From an uncultured Planctomycetaceae bacterium (lineage in GTDB: Bacteria; Planctomycetota; Planctomycetia; Planctomycetales; Planctomycetaceae), in contig CAWFAK010000005.1 of the NCBI GenBank assembly GCA_963813715.1, positions 352,001-416,000 on the forward strand: a DNA stretch of 64,000 bases, in the 5' to 3' direction. Shown here in pieces: positions 54,998 to 64,000 of this stretch. The notes beneath the pieces are model-generated. The model saw only the letters and a list, made by a program, of their open reading frames with translations, did not search any database and had not been told where the DNA came from. Positions within the stretch are counted from its first letter, which is position 1; each line of letters opens with the position of its first letter. The position numbers and the translations under genes are program-made.

Positions 54998-56350
54998 ATG
55001 CGGGCTTATCGGCTGTGCGCGGCGATATCGCGGGCCTGGAGCCGCTCGTCAGCGCAACTGCGTTCGCGTGTTACGACACTGGCCCTCTTGGCCAGCCTGT
55101 GCGTACCGCCCGCGGTGCTGGCCGACTCGGGCTCGACCGCGGCCACAACCGCAACTCCAACTGCCGCCGTCGCGCCCGACTCACGCCCGCGGTCGTCCTT
55201 CGCGTACTACGGCATTCTCGGCGAGGTGGCCCGTCCGGGCGTCTATCAGCTCTCGACCGGCTGCACGTTGGGTCAGCTAGTCATTGGTGCCGGCGGCCTC
55301 ACAGGCAACGCGAATGGCAACGCGCGGGTCCTGCGTGGGCGCGGCAGGCTGAACAATTCTTTGTGGCCGCCTCTGAGTCCGCGGTCTTGTCCCCCGGCGA
55401 CTTGATCGTTGTGGGCGTACAGGCATCGCGGTTGGCCGAGCCCAACGGTGCCCGCGCCGGCCGTGGACCATCGCAAGTGCAAATTGGCCTGTTGAACCTG
55501 ATCAGCCGTCCGGTCGTGCTCACGTTGCCTCGCGAGCTCGCGGCGCCCGCGCGGATCGTCGAGTTCCTCGGTCAACCGCCCGCATTGGCGGACGACCTCG
55601 GGATCGTCGGCCCGTCGCGAGCGGAGGTCCGCGCCTCCTTCAGCGCGAACTTTGCGGATGACCGGCTGGCGTCGGGCGCGGTCCTGATTTTTCCTTCGCA
55701 CCGCGTCCGTGTGGCATCGCTGCCCACGCTGCCCGATCCGATTCCACTCCCCGCCCAGCCGCAGTTCCTGGCAGCACCGTCGACTCCGGCGGCGCCAGCG
55801 ACGGAAACGGCTCGCGGCGCGGATGCGCCGTGGACGTCGGTCGCAGCCGCGCCTTATCAGGCGGGCCGCGTTGCCGGCTTTTACCGCGCGCGGTGCCGTG
55901 TGCCGAATCGCTCCGGCGCCGCCGGCCAACGTGGACGCCCCGTCCCCTCAGCAGCTCGAGCGGATGATCTTCGGCTCACTCCCGCGGAACGTCTCGCGAC
56001 AAGAGTGGGACCGCGAAGAGCAACTCAGCGCCGAACGTGCTCGATCGCGTCCCTACATCTTTTTCTTTGTGATCGCCGGAACGGCCACCTTGGCGATCGC
56101 GTTCACGATCGGCTCGATGGGCCTGCGGGGGTTGCGCAGCATTCGCTCGCGTCGGCGGGCGACTGTGGCCGGGCTGGTGCCGCCCGTGCCGACGTTTGCC
56201 GAGCTCACGCCGGGGAATCGCATCCTCCGCGTCGATGTCAACCAACCGCAAACGCGACTGGCGCTCGACCTGGCGGTTTTCGAGCAGGCGCAGGCCCGCC
56301 GTGCGCAGAGAGCGATGAGCCTCCCGGACCACACGCCGAAGGCCGCCTGA
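54998..56350 (+). CDS. Exported SLBB (beta-grasp) domain protein with a C-terminal TM segment (frameshifts at ~55340, ~55880)
   Basis: Signal peptide; YGILGEVARPGVYQL...TLGQLVIGAGGLT...LSPGDLIVV; Pro-rich linker; TM YIFFFVIAGTATLAIAFTIG. Confidence 0.6.
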
Positions 56351-56436
56351 TCGGTCACGCCGTCTCCTCGGAGCGACGCCCGCGTTTTGCGCCGCCGTCG
56401 AGCGACGTGCGATCCGCGCTGTGCTACCCTACGCCC

Positions 56437-56985
56437 GTGGGCGCAACTGTCGTTTACTACGTGTGCGTGACGATTTTGCTGTTGGCGATGGCCGGCGCGT
56501 GGCTGGCCAATTTGTTCGCGTTGCCCGGCAATTGGCTGATCGTCGCGCTGGCCGCGATTTTCGCCTTCGCGTTTCCGGTGTCGGCCGGACGGGGCATTCA
56601 TTGGGCGACGGTCGGCGTCGGCGTGGGTCTGGCGGTTGTCGGCGAGCTCGTCGAGTTGGCTGCCGGCGCTGCCGGGGCGCGACAAACGGGAGCGAGCCGC
56701 CGGGCCATGGTGCTGGCCTTGCTCGGCACGGTGGTGGGCAGCGTGCTGGGCGCGTTCGCGGCGATCCCCATTCCCATCGTCGGACCGATCATCGGTGCCG
56801 TGGGCGGCGGAGCGCTCGGAGCGTTTGCCGGCGCCTACATCGGTGAGACGGCGATCGGCCGCTCGACGGAGCAGAGTCTGGCGGCCGGCAAAGGAGCGAT
56901 GATCGGTCGCCTGCTGGGAACGGCTTCCAAGCTGGTGATCGGCGTGGTGCTGTTCGTCGTCGTCGCGGTCGATGCGCTGATCTAA
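56437..56985 (+). CDS. DUF456 family membrane protein
   Basis: LPGNWL; GASRRAMVLALLG; GALGAFAGAYIGE; GRLLGTASKL. Confidence 0.8.
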   Translation: MGATVVYYVCVTILLLAMAGAWLANLFALPGNWLIVALAAIFAFAFPVSAGRGIHWATVGVGVGLAVVGELVELAAGAAGARQTGASRRAMVLALLGTVVGSVLGAFAAIPIPIVGPIIGAVGGGALGAFAGAYIGETAIGRSTEQSLAAGKGAMIGRLLGTASKLVIGVVLFVVVAVDALI

Positions 56986-57015
56986 CAGCGGGGTTGTGCG
57001 AGGACCGGTCGAGCG

Positions 57016-58843
57016 ATGCACGAACACTTCGATCTGATCCTCACGCTGAGCGGCGCGTTCACCGCCGCGCTCATCCTGGGCTACGCCACGCATCGCCTCG
57101 GCCTGTCGCCGATTGTGGGCTATCTGCTCGCCGGCATCGCCGTAGGCCCGAACACGCCCGGCTTCGTCGCAGACACGAAATTGGCGAACGAACTGTCCGA
57201 AGTCGGCGTGATCCTGCTGATGTTCGGCGTCGGCCTCCACTTTCACTTAAAGGACCTGCTCGCCGTGCGACGGATTGCCGTGCCGGGGGCGCTGGGCCAA
57301 ATCGGCGTGACGAGTCTCGTCGCGGGCGCGGTGGAGATGGCGTTCGGCGGAACAGCGTGGGCGGGGATTGTGTTCGGGTTGGCGCTGTCCGTGGCGAGCA
57401 CGGTGGTCCTCTTGCGCGTATTGGCCGACGCGCACGACTTACACACGCCGGTCGGGCACATCGCCGTCGGCTGGCTGGTAGTCGAGGACCTGGTGACCGT
57501 GCTGGTGCTCGTCATGTTGCCCGTCTTGTTTCGGGCGGAGTCGCAGGGAGTGGGACGCATCGCGCTGTCGCTCGGCGCTTCGGTGCTCAAAATCGGACTG
57601 CTGGTCGCGGTGATGCTGTATGGCGGTCGTCGGCTGGTCCCCTGGCTGCTCGCGCAGATGGCGGCCACTCGCTCGCGCGAGTTGTTCACGCTGACCGTCC
57701 TCGTGCTGGCGCTCGGGATCGCGGTGGCGTCCGCCAAACTGTTCGGGGCTTCGATGGCGCTCGGCGCGTTTCTCGCCGGCATGGTCGTCGGGCAGTCCGA
57801 CTTCAGCCTGCGGGCGGCGGCGGAAGCGTTGCCGCTGCGCGATGCGTTCGCCGTGCTGTTCTTCGTCTCGATCGGAATGCTCTTTCAGCCCGGCTATTTC
57901 CTGGTGGCGCCGGGGTTCGTATTGGCGACTCTGGGATTGGTGTCTGGTGCTCAAGCCACTCGTGGCGCTGGTGATCGTGCTGGCGCTGGGCTATCCGTTG
58001 CGGTGCGGGCTGGCGGTCGGCGTCGCGCTCGGGCAGATCGGCGAGTTTTCGTTCATCCTGGCCGAGGTCGGGCGCGAGCTGGGCATTCTGGACGACCACG
58101 CGACCAACACGTTCGTCGTCGCGGCCATCGTTTCGATCAGCGTCAATCCGATCCTCTATCGCCTGGTCGACAAAATCGAGGATCGGGCCAAGCGACGGCC
58201 GGGCCTTTCGAGATGGCTGATCGATCGGCGGAGCGTTGGCGCGAGCCAGCCCGCGACCGGTGCGGCGGTCGCTTCGGACGATTCGTCCCCGAGCGCCACG
58301 GTCTATCACGCCGTCGTCGTCGGCTACGGGCCCGTCGGCCGGACGGTGGTGCCGCTGCTTCGCGAGAACTCGGTCGAGCCGACGATCATCGAACTGAACC
58401 TGGAGACGGTCCGGCAGCTCCGCGCCGCGGGGATCGCGGCCGTCTACGGAGACGCCACGCGGCCCGAGTCGTTGAAAGAGGCTGGTATCGAACGCGCCAT
58501 CGTGCTCGTGCTCAGTGCCACCAACCTGCACGGAGGCCCGGAGATCATCCGCCTGGCCCGCGAACTGAACCCCGCCGTCCGGGTCTTCGCCCGCACGAAT
58601 TATCTGCGGGAGATGCCCGGCCTCAAAAAGGCAGGAGCGGATGTGACCTTTGCCGACGAGGGAGAAGTCGCCCTCTCGATGATCGAACTCCTGCTGCGGC
58701 AACTGGGCGCGACGGCCGAGCAAATCGATCGCGAACGCGACCGCATCCGCAACGAGCTGTTCGGCGGCCCGCTCTCTGCCGAACCGCTGCTGCCGGCCAA
58801 ACCGCCTGACGAATCGGCGAGTGCGGACACGCCGCAAGCGTGA
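57016..58843 (+). CDS. CPA2 monovalent cation:proton antiporter (YbaL/RosB-like) with a TrkA-N domain (frameshift at ~57935)
   Basis: LSPIVGYLLAG; GVILLMFGVGLHF; SVASTVV; GWLVVEDL; LPLRDAFAVLFFVSIG; QIGEFSFIL; VVGYGPVG; YGDAT. Confidence 0.9.
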
Positions 58844-59339
58844 TCGCGCTTAAAATTGGCACAACAAAACGAGTATGCCTCTATATCAGTTTTAAGTGTA
58901 CCGACCCAATTCAGGGTGCCTGACCCTCACGCCGCCTCTCATCATTCATTGACTGTCGGCGGCGGTCGCTTTGTAGAACAGGCGCTCTGTTGAGATCAGA
59001 CACGTGGCGTGCCTTCCGATTCCCGTCCTAGCCGACGCATATTCCGACCGTTCACAAATTCGCGGGCGCGCACTCCTATCGTCGCGAAACAACCGCCGGT
59101 CGGGAAACCGGCAGCGGAGGCCTCCAAGATCCACTCTGCCATACCACACCCAAATCACCAAGATCAGTTTTTTGAGCGACCGCCGGTCCGAGGGCTTGTC
59201 CCTTTATGGGCTCGGAGCACTTTGCTCAGTGCGCCGCGCTGACGTCGCTCGGCACCCGCGAATCAGCAAACGGGGACGCGCCGCCGCGTGATGCCCGCCG
59301 TACGCGGGACCGTGCGGGGACATTACCGCGGGCGTCCAT

Positions 59340-62300
59340 CTAGAACGGATGATCCAATCCGAACCAGAATTGCACCGCCGTATCGTCGTTGACAGTTTTC
59401 GCCACGTCGAAGCGGACGATGGTCCGCTCGATCAGGCTGAACCAGGCGACGTCGACGCGTAGGCCGACGCCGACGGCATGCGCGATCGGGCCGCTCTCTT
59501 TGCCGTTGAGATACGTGTTGCCCACGTCATAGAACGGGGCGCCGTAAATGTTGCGGACGCCGACCGCGTGATCGAGCAGGTCGAGATTCACCCGCTGCAC
59601 GAGCGGAATCCGCCATTCGGCACTGCCGACCCAGGCCATGCTTCCCTGGCGCTGGCTCAAGTCGTAGCCGCGGAAGAGTTCGCCGCCGCCGAGAGTGAAG
59701 ACGCGGGCGTCGTCGGGCTGCGCCGCCGCGCCATAAATTCGGACCGCCACGCGCGAGTCGCCCAGCCAGCGAAGAAACGTCGACTCCTCGCTGAGGTCGA
59801 ACAGGCCGCGCAGCGTTTTGACGGTGGAAGCTTGCGTGAAAACCTCTTGGAACGAATGGTGTTCGCCCAAGACGGGCAGACCGTCGGCTCCGGTCACGTC
59901 AAAGGACAGTCCGGCTTCCGGGTTCCAGTAGGGCGTCAACAGGTTGCTGTGGTAATGCAAACCGGCGAGCGTCTGATCGTGAAACGGATCCGCTCCGGGA
60001 GTCGGCACGCTCGGTTGCGGCAGCGAATTGCTCTGCATGGCCTCGAAGGCCTCGACGTACTGGAACGGCGGCAGGTAAAAGCTGCTTCCCGGTAAGAACA
60101 CATAGCGTTCGAAGAGGACGGCGCGGCTTGCCCGGTCGCGCCCGTTCGTGTCCGAACCCGAAGTCGGACCGTCTTCCCACGTCGTCAGGGCTCGTTCGAT
60201 GTTGAGGCCGATCTGCATTTCCGGGATCGGCCAGTGATACCACCACGCGTCGACGCCGGCGACGACGTTGCGATCGTCGCTGCGATAGGCCACGTAGGCT
60301 CCGCCGCTGAACTCCTGAGTGCGATAGGCGCCCACGCGGAAACCGGCCATGGGCGAGCGCGTGTACCAGGGATCGATGTAGGTCGAGTCGTAGACCCAAG
60401 GCCCCGCGATGATATTCCAACGATCGTAGGCGTTGGTGAGGTCGACCTCGTCGAGCTGGGTGTAAAGGGGCGTCAGCCGCAAACGGGCGTGGGGCTTCCA
60501 GTGGTTGTTGGTCGGATCGCGGTCGAGCAGGACCTGATCGGGATCGACGGTGATCTGCGTCGGCTCGCAGGGCAGCTCGACCTCCACGCGCACGCAATTG
60601 TCGGGCAGAACCTCGATGTGCGTCGGCGGATTCTCCAATTGCATCTCCGGGACTTGTGGGAAGACGGGGATTCGCACCTGGTAGTTCCCGCTTCCGTCCA
60701 GGCTGAACCCGAGCACGGTCTGCTCGCAGTAGTCTCCTTTCTGCCGCAGCGTGACGCGTCACGCGGCACCGCTCCGGATGCGGCCCGGGGCATGGCTGTC
60801 CCTTGAGTGCGGCGAGCAGGCCCGGATCGTAGTCCAGCGGTTGCCAGCCCGGCCGCTCCCAATTGCGGTGGGCGTCGGACCATTTTTCGATCCGCACGCG
60901 CTCGACTCCCCAATCGGTCATCCCCTTGCCGTAGAGCCAATCGTCGAAGAATTGTTCCCACGAGCGTCCCGTATAAGCCTCCAGCTCGTGCTGGAAATCG
61001 CGGACGCGCAAGATGCGGTACTGATACTTGGCGTAGACCAGGCTCATGAAGTTGAAGAAGCCTTCTTCGCCCAAGCGGGCCTCGATCATGCCGACGATCT
61101 TGCCGCCGCGGTCGTAGGTCATCGCCATCAGCCGCACGAGATTCTTGAAGCGGGGCATCTCCTGCACCGTCGCCGACGATTCGCCGCGGGCGAGCGAGCC
61201 CATCAACGTCGCGTAGCGGTAGTCGTCGCGATGAATGTTGGGGAGCCATTCCAGCGCGGTCGGCAGCGAAATCAGCGTGTTGTTGCGGCCGTACTTCACG
61301 TCCATCAGCCGGTGCGCGAAGTAGACCGCCAGGCCTTCGTCCATCCAGGTCTCGGCATAGCCGTTGACGCCGACGACGTTGAACCACCATTGGTGGCAGA
61401 CCTCGTGCGAGACCAGCTCGTCGACGAAGTTGCTGGCGCGATGCGGCAGCCCGAAGATCCGCGAGTCGATCATCACCAGGCCGCCGCACTGGTTGCCGTT
61501 CCAGCCGAAGTACGACTCGCAGATGGTGAAGTCCGCGTACGGGTAAGGCCCAAACCACCGCTGGTACGCCTCGAAGGCCTCGGCCGAGATCCGGATCATC
61601 TGCTGCGCGTAGAACTCGTGCCCGGGCAGCGCGAAGCAATGCAGGCGGACCGGCCCAACCTGGCCCACGCATTCCTGGTAGCAGGCGCTGCAGGTCAGGC
61701 TGAAGTCCCGCACGCCCGGAGCGCTGACTTCGACCAACTTGCGGCCGTTTCCCAACTCGCGCTCGCCGACGATCGAGCCCGAGCACGCCAGCTTTTGGTC
61801 GAGTGGCAGATCGATGTGGGCCGTGTAGACGCCGGCTTCGTTGAAGAAGGGTTGGTGCCAGGGGATGAAGGGCGTCGGCTGCCAGCCTTGCTCGTCGTAG
61901 AAGGCCAGCACGGGCAGCCACTGCGCCAGAAAGGTGACGCTTTCCCATTGTCCCCAACGTCCCTGGCGTTGAGGCAGTCGCAACGAGAACGTGACCTCGA
62001 CGGTGACGTGCTCGCCCTGGTTGATCTCACGCGGCAAGGTGATTTCGAGGGCCGTGTCGTTGTCCGCGCGATAGCGAAACGGCAGTTCAATCGGTGCGGC
62101 CGAGGCGTTGTGTGTGTCCTCACTCACCAGACAGACGTGCTCGATCGTTAGCGGCGGGCCGTGCAAGTCGATGGCGTCGCTCGGAGCGAGCCGCAAGATC
62201 TCCAAAGTCTTAGCGAGCAAGCCGAGATCGGCCGACGGGACGGAGTAGTGCGCGTGCGCGTTGAACACCAATTCGCCGGCCGGGCGGGCGTGGCGGTTGT

Positions 62301-62430
62301 GCCAAGTCACGCGCTCGGTCACGAGGACGCGATGCTCGGGCACTTCGATCCGCATGCCCAAGTCGTAACGTGGCAGCCACGAAGGGATTTCACCATGAGC
62401 CGCCGGCGGCGCGACGAACCACGTGAGCAC
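59340..62430 (-). CDS. M1 family zinc metallopeptidase fused to a C-terminal Omp85/BamA-type beta-barrel (frameshift at ~60757; true start possibly ~62515)
   Basis: VRDFSL; FGPYPY; HEVCHQWW...WMDEGLA (HExxH-18-E); YDRGG; VDPD...NN. C-terminus GGGELFRGYD, FYDVG, GVGLRVD, FWFGLDHPF. Confidence 0.85.
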
Positions 62431-62925
62431 GATCGTTAGCGCGGCAGATCGAGCGCCGCCAGAAGTGGACTGGGTTTGCGCGGATCCGGTCGGTGGACGG
62501 GGAGACTGTCTCCAATCCCGACGACCTTAAGTGGAGGATGGAAGGAACCCTGCGGAGAGGCGCCCTGTCGGCGTGCCCGCAGGTCGCGGCATCAAGTGGT
62601 TCGGACGGGGAACGAGAAGATTGCTTCGTTTTGGGAGGACGATGAGCGAAAGGCTTGAAGTGAGAGAGGGAGCAAAAAATGATGAGCTGGGAGAAGGGTG
62701 GGAATCATCGACGAAATCGGCACCGCTGTCAATCGCCGATTGGCGCCGTAAGTGATTGTGTAAATAGTATTTAAGGTTGCGCGAAACCTGAACGACAATT
62801 CAGAAAATGGCCCTTTGTCGTTAGCCTCACGAGGGTTCGGGTAACTCCGGCGAAATCGACGTGTTCCTCCTACGGGGCGAACGCTCACCGACGGCGCGTT
62901 GACGGGACCTCCACCCGGCCATTCA

Positions 62926-63007
62926 AACGAAAAAAACACAAGGAAAGCTTCGCGTTGCAACCGCTTCCGCGGTCGCGGGTCCGCTGCTTCGCCTTGTGTT
63001 TTTTGTT
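62926..63007. terminator. Long hairpin flanked by A- and T-tracts; possible bidirectional terminator or structured RNA element
   Basis: AAAAAACACAAGG (62931-43) pairs perfectly with CCTTGTGTTTTTT (62992-63004); inner stems AAGC/GCTT and ACCGC-TTCC-GCGGT. Confidence 0.5.
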
Positions 63008-63140
63008 GCAGCCCGCGTCGGAGACGGTGCCCTCCGAACTCACGTCAGATGGTTTTGCCCATCCGACGTTCCGCCCGGCCGGCAAGCGATGCGACCCACA
63101 TGGTCGTCAATCAGCCAAGCACAGGCTGCAAATTTCCAAT

Positions 63141-63663
63141 TCAAGAGGCGTGTTTGACTTCGACCGGCATCTCCAGCGAGACCGACTTTCCTGTCTCCGG
63201 AACGGCCATCACTTGCACCTGATTCTTGCCGGCAGGAGCCTCTTTGGTCGCTTCCAGGCTGACGGTCACTTTGTTCTTGTCCCGCCGGGATGGTGGCCAT
63301 GGTGGGCGTGACCATCACACCGGACGGAGCTTTGAATTCCAGTTTGACGCTCTGCTTAAACTCGCTCCCGCGACTGATCGAGATGTCGACGTCGCGTTTC
63401 TTGCCGGTGTCGAGCGTGGTTTCCATCTTCGGGGCGTGCAGCGTAAAGGTGTTCGCCTTATCGACGACGTTCGGCGCGGTTTGTTCCTTCATCGTTTCCC
63501 GAGAGTAGCCGTCCGACTTCACGGTTGAGGTGCTCGAGGTCGTGGTTTTCGGATTGCTCGACACTCCGGGGCCGCCCGGGTTGCTCTCTTGAGTGCAGCC
63601 GGCCAAAGCAGCAAACATCGCGAGCGCGCCGGCGAGGGGCAGGGTCGGGGGAATCATTCGCAT
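63141..63663 (-). CDS. Lipoprotein with one Ig-like beta-sandwich domain (frameshift at ~63275)
   Basis: GGAGAG RBS; lipobox LAGC; TFTL...VDISISRGSEFKQSVKLEF...GVMVTP; the corrected tail KVTVSLEATKEAPAG...EVKHAS* stops at TGA 63141-43. Confidence 0.75.
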
Positions 63664-63755
63664 AGCATCTCTCCAAACGGGTCCACTGGTCGGCCGCTGA
63701 CCGGCCTTGCAGTCTGATTCTCGAACCAAGCTCACAGAAACAGAGACCGAGAGAA

Positions 63756-63772
63756 TGCAACTGGTATGCCAA
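63756..63772 (-). promoter_or_regulatory. Putative sigma54 (-24/-12) promoter
   Basis: Minus strand TTGGCAT-ACCAG-TTGCA versus consensus TGGCAC-N5-TTGCW, about 95 nt upstream of the lipoprotein ATG. Confidence 0.65.
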
Positions 63773-64000
63773 CGATCATTACCGGCAGTGACAGGCTTGC
63801 CTTAATGTGCCGAGAATTAGCGAATTGAAAGTCTGCCCTCTGCCCCGCGGATCCTCATCTTCGAGACGCCTGCTCGGCCACCCAACAGCCTGATCGCGGC
63901 GAAGCCTTGTATTTGCGGCGATTTCGCAGCAAGATCGAATGCACCTTCCTTGATTCGTCGCGCGAAGGCCCGCCGCGAGCCCCCACTCTGCCGACTCACC

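Noticed and set aside
52758..55280. 840 aa ORF suggesting an HflC-HflK fusion with a long tail
   Set aside because: An RBS (GGGAGGGG) and an ATGA start/stop overlap at 53826 mark a separate hflK start, and the tail overlaps the next gene. Indels in low-complexity linkers explain it best. It cannot be fully excluded without reads.
55015..56985. 656 aa ORF joining the SLBB protein to DUF456
   Set aside because: It is a mosaic of frames: the SLBB protein ends at 56350 and DUF456 starts near 56437.
58844..59339. 500 bp gap between convergent genes as a possible ncRNA, small gene or sigma54 promoter
   Set aside because: No recognisable RNA fold or convincing ORF; TTGGCAC at 58856 lacks the -12 TTGC element.

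Overview
GC-rich bacterial chromosomal segment, very likely a planctomycete (DUF1549/DUF1553 + DUF1501 operons, planctomycete cytochrome c domain, BBP7 barrel, double-length UvrA, recO-bamD-lptE order). More than a dozen unrelated genes, including housekeeping ones, carry single-base frameshifts, which points to uncorrected long-read indels rather than pseudogenes; I stitched genes across frames by hand. I saw no rRNA, tRNA, CRISPR array, integrase or transposase. The main candidates for new biology are: (1) a P1B-type metal ATPase fused to an HflK-like SPFH domain, followed by hflC- and hflK-like genes with no ftsH in the window, suggesting an SPFH cage built around an ion pump (49145-54916); (2) an M1 (gluzincin) metallopeptidase fused to an Omp85-type beta-barrel (59340-62430); (3) an accessory patch (30938-33570) with three ~100-110 bp direct repeats, each with a TAA-N19-TTA core, two of which exactly bracket one gene like a cassette, mixed with palindromic miniature elements; (4) a four-NBD UvrA with a duplicated Trp-rich C-terminal domain that the ORF track misses.
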